This document shows positions 39,017 to 48,387 of a stretch of 64,000 nt of DNA, piece by piece. The notes under the pieces are model-generated. The model saw nothing but the letters and a program-made list of their open reading frames with translations, did no database searches and had not been told where the DNA came from. Numbering within the stretch: position 1 is the stretch's first letter; the number at the start of each line of letters is the position of its first letter. Origin of the DNA: Deltaproteobacteria bacterium (GTDB lineage Bacteria > JAGRBM01 > JAHCIT01); NCBI GenBank assembly GCA_026129095.1, contig JAHCIT010000006.1, positions 64,235 to 128,234 of the forward strand. The letters are read 5' to 3'. The translations under genes were made by a program, and so were the position numbers.

Positions 39017-39469
39017 TCAGTCGTCTTCGAGCATGCCGAACTCGTCCATCTCTTTCATCCATGAATACAATGACCGGCGCACCGGCAGGCAGGCATCTTT
39101 CCGGACCACAAAATCGGCAATGTCCATGTAGCGAATCCGTGGCAGCTTTGCCGCGGGAATACCCGCGTTGTCCCGGCAGTTTCCGGTCAGTTCCACTTCA
39201 TGAATTGCCAGGGTGATGCTGCCGGTGAATGCCGGCGGCGACATCACCAGAAGTGATTTTTCCGACACCGGTAATCCTGTCTGCCTGAGAAAACTGGATT
39301 CAATTTCCTCCGGTACATCTTCGAAGGCCATCGTCACCCCTCCGGGCAGATCCCAGACCGCTCCGGTCTTCACGACGAGAATCTGACAGTCGTCGGTCAT
39401 GAGTAGACCGCGAGCATGGATTTCTGGGGGCTTCCCCGTTATAGGATTTCGGGCGGTTGGTGGGTTCAT
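39017..39469 (-). CDS. Nudix-fold-like protein with a degenerate Nudix box
   Basis: WDLPGGVTMAFEDVPEEIESSFLRQTG aligns to Gx5Ex7REUxEExGU, but the REx2EE catalytic residues are replaced by SSx2RQ. Confidence 0.35.
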   Translation of the reverse strand: MNPPTARNPITGKPPEIHARGLLMTDDCQILVVKTGAVWDLPGGVTMAFEDVPEEIESSFLRQTGLPVSEKSLLVMSPPAFTGSITLAIHEVELTGNCRDNAGIPAAKLPRIRYMDIADFVVRKDACLPVRRSLYSWMKEMDEFGMLEDD

Positions 39470-39475
39470 GACAGA

Positions 39476-41203
39476 TCAACGAACGCCATAAACCGTCAGA
39501 TTCGCGACCCACGCTTCGCCGGCCGAACCCATGCCCTGTGTCAAACCCCCAAGGAACTGCATCCAGCCCCCCGCGAACTGGCCGTACGGAGACGGCGGGA
39601 CGAACATGGAGGGACCGTCACCGGGCCAGCGGTCACGTCTTCCGGAAAAAACCTCGGAACTAGGCCCCATGCATACATTGACCCAGGTGTTCGTGGGCCA
39701 GCTCCAATGCGGTCCGAAAGCATCCAAGTAGTTCGCCCCCGGCGAACCGGTGGTCTGAAACCAGTCGATTCCAACCCGCGGCAATACGCCTGAACTCGAA
39801 GGTACCCAGACGGATGCACAAATCATCACCGGAGTGCCCCGCTGGAGTGCCGGCTTTGCCTCCGCGACGGCGACGCCGACGTCCGTTCCGGTGACGACCG
39901 TCAGCTTCACGGCGCCAATCGTCGTATCCAAGGATTTTGAGCAGACGTTGTATCTCGGCACGAAATTCACCGGATCATCGACGGTTTCGCAGTAAAATTT
40001 CGTAAAACCGTCGCGTTTGGCGCACCACGACGAGACCACTGACGTTCCTGCCGGGGGATTGGGAAAACTGTTGCAATCAGGCGCGGCCGGAGGGGTTGAG
40101 GGGACCGTTACCGTAATATTTATGAATGCAGGTGCGGCGGAATCCACGGCGTTCGAGCAGTCGAGCCGGTAGGTCGTCGAGACCAGCGGTGTGACAACCG
40201 TATTACCACCGATGGGAGTAACGGAGCCGATACCGGTAATTGTGCAATTCGTCGCGTTGTTGACGGTCCACGTCAGCGTCACCGGCTGGCCGGAAATCAC
40301 CGACACCGGATTCGCCGCAAACAGTACGATCTCAACCTGCGGGACGGGCGGCGGCGGGGCGGGCGTCACGGTGACGGTCACGCTCCGTGTGGCCGGGCTG
40401 CCCGCCCCGTTGCAGTTCAGCGCATAGATCGTCGGTGCGGTGGGCGTGACGGTTTTGCTCCCGCTCGGGATGGTGACGCTGCCGACGCCGTTATCGATGC
40501 TGCAAGCGGTGGCGTTCGTCACGCCGGACCACGCGAGCGTTGCCGTGCTGCCCGCCGTGATCGTCGCCGGCGAGGCCGTGAAAGTGCCGATACCGACTGG
40601 CGGCGGCGGGGCGGGCGTCACATTGATGGTGATGCTCTGGCTTGCGCTGTAACTGTCGTTCCGGCAGGTGACGAGGTGGGTGCTTCGAAGGAATACGGGG
40701 GAAATCGGGTACGACCAAACCGGTTCGTACTCAACCTCGTGATTGTCCAGCGTGCAGTAATCGGCATTCATCGCAGACCAGTACAGCGTAACGGTTCCAC
40801 CTTCAGGGACCGGATTGGGTGAAGCATATGCATAATTAAATGTAACCGGCTCTGGCGCGGGCGGATCCGGCCGACGTTCAACAGTGACTTCCGCCTGGGT
40901 GCTTCCGGCGACGTTCGAACAGGCGAGTAGGTAGGTGACGGGAGGGTAAATCTGCACAACGATACTGTCCGACTCCGGACCGACTTCGGTACCGTTCAGC
41001 ACGCAGCTATGTGCGTGCTCTACATTCCATGTGATGGTGGTCGCCTCTCCGGGTGAGACCTTATCGGGGGTTGCGGTGAGGCTGCCGATTACGGGGGGCT
41101 TTTCCTGTACACAGCCGGGCTGGAGTACCCAAAAGAGCATCAGCATGGCGGTTCTGGCGGCGGATTTCATATCAAATCTCCTCGGATGGGGCGAAGCCTT
41201 CAC
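39476..41203 (-). CDS. Secreted/lipoprotein with tandem Ig/FN3-like beta domains separated by Pro-rich linkers
   Basis: The N-terminal signal MKSAARTAMLMLFWVLQPGC and the repeated TVTVTPAPPPPV linkers are present. A Cys-containing C-terminal domain follows. The ORF is 575 aa. Confidence 0.55.
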   Translation of the reverse strand: MKASPHPRRFDMKSAARTAMLMLFWVLQPGCVQEKPPVIGSLTATPDKVSPGEATTITWNVEHAHSCVLNGTEVGPESDSIVVQIYPPVTYLLACSNVAGSTQAEVTVERRPDPPAPEPVTFNYAYASPNPVPEGGTVTLYWSAMNADYCTLDNHEVEYEPVWSYPISPVFLRSTHLVTCRNDSYSASQSITINVTPAPPPPVGIGTFTASPATITAGSTATLAWSGVTNATACSIDNGVGSVTIPSGSKTVTPTAPTIYALNCNGAGSPATRSVTVTVTPAPPPPVPQVEIVLFAANPVSVISGQPVTLTWTVNNATNCTITGIGSVTPIGGNTVVTPLVSTTYRLDCSNAVDSAAPAFINITVTVPSTPPAAPDCNSFPNPPAGTSVVSSWCAKRDGFTKFYCETVDDPVNFVPRYNVCSKSLDTTIGAVKLTVVTGTDVGVAVAEAKPALQRGTPVMICASVWVPSSSGVLPRVGIDWFQTTGSPGANYLDAFGPHWSWPTNTWVNVCMGPSSEVFSGRRDRWPGDGPSMFVPPSPYGQFAGGWMQFLGGLTQGMGSAGEAWVANLTVYGVR

Positions 41204-41304
41204 CGAATAGCTATCTAGCCGGCGGCATACGCACAGCCTCTCGATCAGGTAGACGGATACCGGGCGGCCATTTTTTCACCCACGGACAAGAAAAGTGATT
41301 CCCT

Positions 41305-41571
41305 ATGGCGGAATATTCAGATAATTCCCTCGTTCTTCTTCATGACGGAAGGAGAAGTGCCATGAACGGCGATGAAACGAACGATCCGATAATTTATACC
41401 GCGGAAATCCGGCCGAACGGTTCCGTCTGGTCGATCCGCTTTCCATTCGGACGAATCGAACTGGCAACAGGCTACGGCCGGATTCAGGCGATGGAGATGG
41501 CCGAAGTGCTGCTCAGAATATCGATCGAACGCGGATGGGGGGCACCCGGATCAACTTCCGAGGCCGCATGA
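41305..41571 (+). CDS. Hypothetical small protein
   Basis: An 88-aa ORF in an AT-richer stretch. No motif was recognised. Confidence 0.25.
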   Translation: MAEYSDNSLVLLHDGRRSAMNGDETNDPIIYTAEIRPNGSVWSIRFPFGRIELATGYGRIQAMEMAEVLLRISIERGWGAPGSTSEAA

Positions 41572-41659
41572 ACAAGTAGCGGTAGTATCCTGAAAGTCTT
41601 GCTTTTCCCCTGAGGCCGGGATGACGGGTAAGGGTTAATAAGAAACGGACACGTTCGGT

Positions 41660-44617
41660 TCAGTCGATGCCGTAATATGCGAGCGTGAAAAGGCCCAACT
41701 GGTTCTTTCGCTTTTGGTTCTCAGTTAAATTATCGTCATCTTTCACGGTTCGAAGTGCCGTAATCGCAGCCTGTTGAAAAACACTGCTTGGTAAAAATGC
41801 GCCTGATGAGACTGACTGTTCCATAAATATCTGGACAAACGTACGAATCAGGTTTGTCTGTAGCGGTGCGAGACCGGCAATAACACCTCTGGCTCCCTGG
41901 GCCAGGAATGCATCGGCCACAGTCTCCTTGTGCAGATGGTCGGTTTGCCGGCGGTAGGCAGCTGAACATGCGAACAAGGCCACGGTAGTACCGTTAAAGG
42001 AGATGCCTGATGATTCGATATCCGTGCGACGAAGGCGTAATCCGCCCGGCAATGCGAGGCTGGAACGGGCCGGATCCGCTTCATCGAAACCGTGAGTAAT
42101 AATCGTGGCCAACTGGCTTCTGGAGATTGCCTGCAATACGTCTTGAACGGAGGAGATGTCCCAAGAATTACCTGGTGGTGAAGAGTATACCATTATCGCA
42201 CGATACAGCTCTGGCTCAAAAAGATTATAATTCCCGGATTTCGCGCTTAAGGTCGTTCTGTTGGTATCAGTAGCGAAGAACGGAGAGACCATGGCAGGGG
42301 TGATTACAGAAGACTGGAAGTTTTTGATGAAAGGTTCATTCTTCGATCCACAAGGAAGCCACTGTATGGGTAAATCCATCAGCTCGGCATCCACACTAAG
42401 GTATATATGCTTGGGTTTATGCTGATTTAGACAGGAGAGTAAACTGTTAGGGAAAAGCTTCTGTCCGATGATCAGCAATTTCCTATATAGCAAGTCCACT
42501 ATTTTTTCATTGGGTTGTTCATCCTTGGTACAAAGATGAATGAGATTTGGCAACGCCTGATCGGGATGGACAAGCTGTCTAAGAAAATCCCTTACAATAT
42601 TGTCCTTTTGAATACATTCTCGGATTTTGGCGAAATCAGATTTTCTCGCGTTATCTAGTTTTATGATATCTGTTTTACAGTTATCGTTTCCATTGTTTCT
42701 GGTTAACAAACAGAATGAAGTATTGTTTTCATTGATAAAGTAATGAACGGCAATGGATCCAGGATTTTTATTTACAAGATCGTATATCCTTTGACCGCCC
42801 CAAAGCTTGAAATATAATTCCGAAAGCTGATCACCTGCGGAGACGGTCGAAGCTCCATTTAAAACAGACTCTACATAGCCAGCAAATACCGGTTTTTCAT
42901 TCAACGATATATTGAGTAATCTTGTCCTCTTATTGGGTATCCACTGCATCTGCTTCTGAACAAGACCCGTATACAGCTTGCACAAGCCAGATGGAGTACC
43001 TCTTCCAGACTTTTTAATCAGCATACGGGTCACTTTCAAAATCTCACTCGAATGAAACAAACTATTACTGTCGGAAATTTTCTGCATTTTCGTGACTAAA
43101 TCATTGATCGCGTCCGTCTTGATGGACCGGACACTCTTTAGCTTTAATTTGATAGCCTGTAAATGCGAATTGTATAGTTGAAATGTTTTTGAAGGATTGT
43201 CATCCGATGGAATATATAATAGATTTTCCCAATTATGTCTTTTTAGTTCCTTTACTTCAGTATGGTTATTGTTTTGATCAAGGATCCCAAAGTTTGCGCT
43301 CTCACCGAGGCCATGCCATGTCGTTCGGTCGCCGTACACATGTTTCAAATAGGCAATAAAGTAATTCGCCCGTTGTCGTGTCTGCCCATCGTTAATCCAG
43401 TTCGACAGCATGAACTGGTAATGAAGCAGTTCAACGAGTGCATTGACATCAAGATTCCTGGACACCAGTTCGAGCTGCCGGTCGATAACTTCAGATGCAA
43501 GGCTGAATTTCATGGAGTGAAGCAGACGTGTCAATACGTAGCGTACATTTTTTGCTGAGAAAGGTTCGCTTGAGTTTTGGGCGGTAGCTTTAGCGGTTGA
43601 TGGGTCAGTGCATGACAATATCGAATTAATATCCGAGGACACTTGACATTCCAGAGGTGCTGCTTGATGCGACAAAAGAATGGGTGAAGGATTCGCCAGT
43701 TGGGTATCGATCTGATCAGCTTCAGCGGATAAGACCTGCTTTTGAGGCTGATCGAGGCTTGCGCGGTTACTTGCTAATTTGAGAATGGAGGCGCGATTAT
43801 TCCAGTCTCCATACAAGTAATATTCCCCAACCTTAAGATATTCCATAGTATTATTCGCAAATGGCGGATGTTTTCCTGCACTGATAACAGGATTCAGACT
43901 GGACCATAGCGATTGGATCGCAGTATCCATGTGACTGAGTTTAAGAACAGATATGATTAAAACCGGATATTCTTCTTTTAATATGATAAGTTTGGAATGG
44001 ATTCCTGATGGAGTGGTATTTGCGGGACCGGACAATGCGCAGTGGAGTAACTCTTTTAGTCCGTCATCGTCAATTATCATCTCAGTGTCTGTACGAAGGT
44101 GGAGAACTTGGTGGGTCAGCCAGTATGAATAATGGCGCACACTCCGCTGGGAAGAAATTGTGCCTGGAAACTGAATGCTACCGAGAATCTTTTTCACCGT
44201 GTTCGCGATGCCTTTGACCTTGGCAATCGTGTTTTCATGTTGCTCTGGCTGAACCTCCAGTACGGAAGAGGCGAGAAACATGATCGCCATTCCCAGCCCG
44301 GCGCGGTCGAGTGCATTGAGATGGGAAAATCTGTGAAATCCGGCGACTAAATCGCCAAATGCATTTACCTTTTCAACGTCGGTGTAATCTTCGATTGAGT
44401 TTAAAGAATCTGATAGCGGATCTGGGCTGGTGTTATTATTAACTATGTGGTCGACGATCGTCATTGTTTGTAGACCAGGAGTAACTAAATTCAGGTGGCG
44501 ATTGTTATCAGGCCCCGTTGGTGTCTTCTGCTTTTTGAAGACGGAACAGCCATTTAATATTCCGACGCATTTTAGAAGTTGGTTTGTCTTGAAAAATAAC
44601 TGAAGTCGTGGACTCAT
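41660..44617 (-). CDS. Large protein with C-terminal CHAT (caspase-like) protease domain; the true start may be the internal Met near 44466 to avoid overlap with the upstream gene
   Basis: The C-terminus has ATIITHGFDEA (His motif), TTVALFACSAAYR (catalytic Cys motif) and VADAFLAQGARGVIAGLAPL, which match the CHAT-domain signatures. The ~700-aa N-terminal region is unassigned. GC content is about 45%. Confidence 0.65.
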   Translation of the reverse strand: MSPRLQLFFKTNQLLKCVGILNGCSVFKKQKTPTGPDNNRHLNLVTPGLQTMTIVDHIVNNNTSPDPLSDSLNSIEDYTDVEKVNAFGDLVAGFHRFSHLNALDRAGLGMAIMFLASSVLEVQPEQHENTIAKVKGIANTVKKILGSIQFPGTISSQRSVRHYSYWLTHQVLHLRTDTEMIIDDDGLKELLHCALSGPANTTPSGIHSKLIILKEEYPVLIISVLKLSHMDTAIQSLWSSLNPVISAGKHPPFANNTMEYLKVGEYYLYGDWNNRASILKLASNRASLDQPQKQVLSAEADQIDTQLANPSPILLSHQAAPLECQVSSDINSILSCTDPSTAKATAQNSSEPFSAKNVRYVLTRLLHSMKFSLASEVIDRQLELVSRNLDVNALVELLHYQFMLSNWINDGQTRQRANYFIAYLKHVYGDRTTWHGLGESANFGILDQNNNHTEVKELKRHNWENLLYIPSDDNPSKTFQLYNSHLQAIKLKLKSVRSIKTDAINDLVTKMQKISDSNSLFHSSEILKVTRMLIKKSGRGTPSGLCKLYTGLVQKQMQWIPNKRTRLLNISLNEKPVFAGYVESVLNGASTVSAGDQLSELYFKLWGGQRIYDLVNKNPGSIAVHYFINENNTSFCLLTRNNGNDNCKTDIIKLDNARKSDFAKIRECIQKDNIVRDFLRQLVHPDQALPNLIHLCTKDEQPNEKIVDLLYRKLLIIGQKLFPNSLLSCLNQHKPKHIYLSVDAELMDLPIQWLPCGSKNEPFIKNFQSSVITPAMVSPFFATDTNRTTLSAKSGNYNLFEPELYRAIMVYSSPPGNSWDISSVQDVLQAISRSQLATIITHGFDEADPARSSLALPGGLRLRRTDIESSGISFNGTTVALFACSAAYRRQTDHLHKETVADAFLAQGARGVIAGLAPLQTNLIRTFVQIFMEQSVSSGAFLPSSVFQQAAITALRTVKDDDNLTENQKRKNQLGLFTLAYYGID

Positions 44618-45584
44618 CTCCGGGAACGATTAAGACTTCATTTAGTGTTGCGTTGCTCCAAACTGGCTTCGCCAAAAGACTAAAACCTTTAGGAGGGAGA
44701 GAATTGACGATCCTGAATCTGACTGCCATATTATCCTTTTCAGACTTTTCAAATACCTCTAATTTGAGAGTGGTATTGGGGTTGAAACGTAATATTATAA
44801 CTCCCTCCCTGACCCCTCTAGGTCTTTTGTGAATAGCCCTATCCTCCCCCATCTGAATTTGGGCTTCATGGCGTATGGAGGGGGGAAATAAATTAGGATG
44901 CACATAGGTGCACTCTTTGAAAGCTGACGGTTCGGCGAGATCGTCTTGCGGGTCGTCTTCTTCTGCGTCCGCCATATCCGGATTGGTAGCCGCCTCCATT
45001 ATTTCCTGTATCGCTTTCCGGATCCGGTTGTCGATCTCGATGGATCCGGGGACATCCAGAGGAAGCAGTCGTGCGAGGCTTTGGTTTACTCGGGTTGTTT
45101 CGGCTGCACCCCCCAGAATGCAATTTTCCTGCAAGTCGACGTATTCAACCAGGGCGCGGGAAACCTGGGCGTAATCTTCCGGGGTGACTTCACCGATTAC
45201 CGATACGCCGGAGTTCCCGGTGAGTGCGCGATGCGGTACCGTGACGGTCAGATTGACCTTGGCATGGAAGTCTTCGTGGATTGCCGGATACAGGGGAGCG
45301 ATGGCCGCAGGGTTCCCCGTTACCAGCGGGACGATCTGCGGGGGAGGGTGTTGGGTATCAACCGGCATGCCGTAGTCCGCGCCCGTGATCAGGAAGCAGC
45401 AGCTGCCGGATTCCGCTGGACTGTCTCCGCCGCAAACAATGACGGAACCGTGCGCAAGCCCGCCAGCGGTTTCATCCGTAGTAGTCATTGCCTTCTCCAG
45501 ACGAGTGAGCATATTTTTTGCGTTGAACTTATCGAGTAATTGGTTCTCTTCAGCTTTTGAATATCCGGTACTCATTTGGTACAT
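44508..45584 (-). CDS. Hypothetical protein
   Basis: A 358-aa ORF between the ECF sigma gene and the CHAT gene on the same strand, with overlapping junctions. No motif was recognised. Confidence 0.5.
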   Translation of the reverse strand: MYQMSTGYSKAEENQLLDKFNAKNMLTRLEKAMTTTDETAGGLAHGSVIVCGGDSPAESGSCCFLITGADYGMPVDTQHPPPQIVPLVTGNPAAIAPLYPAIHEDFHAKVNLTVTVPHRALTGNSGVSVIGEVTPEDYAQVSRALVEYVDLQENCILGGAAETTRVNQSLARLLPLDVPGSIEIDNRIRKAIQEIMEAATNPDMADAEEDDPQDDLAEPSAFKECTYVHPNLFPPSIRHEAQIQMGEDRAIHKRPRGVREGVIILRFNPNTTLKLEVFEKSEKDNMAVRFRIVNSLPPKGFSLLAKPVWSNATLNEVLIVPGDESTTSVIFQDKPTSKMRRNIKWLFRLQKAEDTNGA

Positions 45585-46222
45585 TCTCCTTGGGACTTTT
45601 CAATTTCGTCTAAATAACGATGAAGGCCCCCTCTAAGGCTAAGGGCGGCCTGTCTCTTGCGTTTTCCATCTTCGTCGCCAACGAATTGGGCGCTGATGTT
45701 TTTAAGCTTCTCGATCAGGTTATCCTTGCGGCGCGAGATGGTCGCCTCGCTAACGCCACCCAGATCGCATTTGAGTAACCGGTAGGTCAGTTCTTTCCGG
45801 TAGATTCCGTAAAGCAGCTTTTGGTCAAACTCGTCCAACTGTTCCCTCAAGAGGTCATAAATCTTATCTGCATCCGGGTCCGATTCCTCGCCGGAAATCG
45901 CCGGACCGGTATTTCCAATATCATCGGTAAGGGGATCTGTCGCAACCGGTATGGCGTGTTTTTCTTGATCACGTTTCTCAGCCCGGAGAATATCGCTCAT
46001 CCTCCATTTAAATAGGACCCAGATTTTTGAATTAACTATATCCCCTATGAATATGTTCGCGTTTTCAAGCGTCTGGCGCGTAGCTGTTATGCGTTGATTC
46101 TGATATACGGATAAAATGACTTGGCTGAAATCATCTTCAATCTTTTCCCGGCTTTTATACGTAGTTCCATAGAAGCGTATGAACGCCCGGTAAAGATCTT
46201 TGAGCCTGGTCTCATCCATCAT
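45572..46222 (-). CDS. ECF-type sigma-70 family RNA polymerase sigma factor
   Basis: Region 2-like IEDDFSQVILSVYQNQ and region 4 HTH LTYRLLKCDLGGVSEATISRRKDNLIEKL are present. The ORF is 216 aa. Confidence 0.6.
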   Translation of the reverse strand: MMDETRLKDLYRAFIRFYGTTYKSREKIEDDFSQVILSVYQNQRITATRQTLENANIFIGDIVNSKIWVLFKWRMSDILRAEKRDQEKHAIPVATDPLTDDIGNTGPAISGEESDPDADKIYDLLREQLDEFDQKLLYGIYRKELTYRLLKCDLGGVSEATISRRKDNLIEKLKNISAQFVGDEDGKRKRQAALSLRGGLHRYLDEIEKSQGECTK

Positions 46223-46731
46223 ACTGTACGCGCCCCGATTCGTTGATGCTCAACATACCGGTAGCGGCTCTTCATCAATCTTGCCAAAACGGTGGGACTT
46301 AGCCGGCCCAAATAGGTCCATTCATCAATATGAGGTGGGGGGAACGGGAGCCCAAAGCATTCCAGATCGGCAATCAGAAACAAAGGTACATTAGGAAGTG
46401 CAGGCTGACGATCCTCAATATCGGTATCGGAACTGATTCCGAGAATGGCGGTGTCGTGAGGCCGACTGTCATATGTTTTCCTATAGTCACACTCTGCGCT
46501 GTCCCTATTTGTGTAGAACCATAAAATGCGGTTTGAGATACCGCTTGATAGAACGGCCCCTAGACCATTGCGACGCCATGCACCTGCCGCCAGGTATTGA
46601 ACACCGACAGCGGCCTGAGTCTCTGTGGCTAACGATATGTTGCCCATATTGGGTGGCACATGGCCGGTCGGTGCTACCGGAGTTTCTTTCGACGCCAAAG
46701 CCCTACGGATCTTTTCGATTAAGTCTTTCAA
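46219..46731 (-). CDS. Hypothetical protein, first gene of the ECF-sigma/CHAT operon
   Basis: A 170-aa ORF whose stop overlaps the sigma gene start. No motif was recognised. Confidence 0.45.
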   Translation of the reverse strand: MKDLIEKIRRALASKETPVAPTGHVPPNMGNISLATETQAAVGVQYLAAGAWRRNGLGAVLSSGISNRILWFYTNRDSAECDYRKTYDSRPHDTAILGISSDTDIEDRQPALPNVPLFLIADLECFGLPFPPPHIDEWTYLGRLSPTVLARLMKSRYRYVEHQRIGARTV

Positions 46732-47067
46732 GGCGTCCTCCCTTAATGGATTTGGGAAAAGTTTACTGGTTATGTTGATCGTCGTCTAGACTATGCACCG
46801 CCGCTGGCTTCGCTAACCTCCAGAAAAGATCGTCTGTTACGTATTGAAGTCTGGGAGACTCGTCCGGGCGTCGGCCGGAGGAAGAGTCCCCATCTCTTGC
46901 CTAGGATAACGAAGCGTTACGCCTGATTTTGCACGTTACACAGGATATTTTTTAATGCCTAGATTTCTTTAGTGATTCCAGCTGGTTACTGTGCTTTTGT
47001 TTTTTTGATGTGAAACTGGAAATCTGGCGGAATCGGGCCGTTTACCTTTTCGAGAGGTAAACATCGC

Positions 47068-47715
47068 ATGTCCACCCCCTACCGCTTCGCGAATCTCGAC
47101 TACGGCAATTTCACCGGCGCCCTCAATGGCGAGCAGGTGTTTCCCGTCACGATAAACGGTTTCCGCCGAATCTGGTCGTCTTCGGACGGCTTTGCCGGGA
47201 ATGCCCGGCTGATGCTGGTGCCAGCCGAGAGTTCGTCGGTGGTGGCCACCACCTTCGGGGTGTCCGATCCAGAACTGCTGGATGGCCTGAAGGCGATCGA
47301 GGAATATTCTGGTGGCGTTCAGCGGGCCATCCGCTCGGAAGCGGTCGTGCAGTGGCGGGATACACCGCTCCCGGAGGCATTCAAGGAAGTTCTTGCATAT
47401 CGTTATTGGAGCCCGGCGGCTGCAAGCCGAGTGATCCGGAATCAGCCGATATACTGGAGCCAGGCGGCGGCAATCCTGATCGCCTGCCATCGGGCCGGTG
47501 GGCTCAACTTCGTCGACGACTTCATCCGGAGCACCGGCGGCTGGGGTTCTACCTGGCTAGATGACCGGCAGGCACCGGCCGGCCCCTGGGATCTTTCGGA
47601 TGCAACGCGTCTGGAACTGATCGTTGCGCGGGAGAAGCTGCTCGCGCTGTTCCAGCCCAAATTGCGAATCGCTCCCGGCGTAACCTATCAGCATCTGAAC
47701 GGGAGCGGCTGCTGA
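47068..47715 (+). CDS. Hypothetical protein
   Basis: A 215-aa ORF divergent from the CHAT operon. No motif was recognised. Confidence 0.45.
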   Translation: MSTPYRFANLDYGNFTGALNGEQVFPVTINGFRRIWSSSDGFAGNARLMLVPAESSSVVATTFGVSDPELLDGLKAIEEYSGGVQRAIRSEAVVQWRDTPLPEAFKEVLAYRYWSPAAASRVIRNQPIYWSQAAAILIACHRAGGLNFVDDFIRSTGGWGSTWLDDRQAPAGPWDLSDATRLELIVAREKLLALFQPKLRIAPGVTYQHLNGSGC

Positions 47716-47775
47716 TTCAGAAGCTTATCCCTTAGCCGGAATAAGCATGGAAAGTATTATCCTTATTATCCGCCA

Positions 47776-48387
47776 ATGAATCGCACTAACTCAGAACTGA
47801 CCGAAGCATTCCTCCATTTCCGGCGGGCCTATTTCCCCCGCCGGTTGAATGACTGGCGGGCCGTCGATCTTCCATTGGGTATCGGCGGCTACGCGGATTT
47901 CCTGGCGAAGGAGATCGCAGTCGATGTGGAGGCGCATCGGAAGCGGAAGATTCCGGCCGGATATACGCTGTTTCACGAAATGTGTCACGCCGCCGCCGGG
48001 CCGAACGACAATATGGATGCCGATGGCCACGGCACACCATTCCTGCGAGAAGTTGACCGTCTTCTTGCCGCAGGCGCGCCGTGGCGGATTTCATTCGGCG
48101 AAGTGGTCTGGGCGAATCGCCTGGTCGTTGAGCGGCTCCGTTTCCGGCATGTCCGCACGGCGCTGCTTCCTCTCTTTGTCAAACCTCCTTCACCTTGGAT
48201 GACCCCAAGCCGTGAGGCCAGAACGCTGGCGCTCAAGCGATGGTTCAGGCAGCACCCCACGGTGACGCTTGGGAAAATCGTCGAAGAGTTCGGAGTGCAG
48301 ATCGGCATTGTCGACCTCGACGGGCGAAAGATCCGTTCCGAGGCGTGGCTGTATGAGAAAGCCAGGGAGCTCTGGGGTGATGAGTGA
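47776..48387 (+). CDS. SprT-like zinc metallopeptidase domain protein
   Basis: TLFHEMCHAAAG carries an HExxH motif, with a downstream His (DADGHGTPF). Confidence 0.5.
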   Translation: MNRTNSELTEAFLHFRRAYFPRRLNDWRAVDLPLGIGGYADFLAKEIAVDVEAHRKRKIPAGYTLFHEMCHAAAGPNDNMDADGHGTPFLREVDRLLAAGAPWRISFGEVVWANRLVVERLRFRHVRTALLPLFVKPPSPWMTPSREARTLALKRWFRQHPTVTLGKIVEEFGVQIGIVDLDGRKIRSEAWLYEKARELWGDE

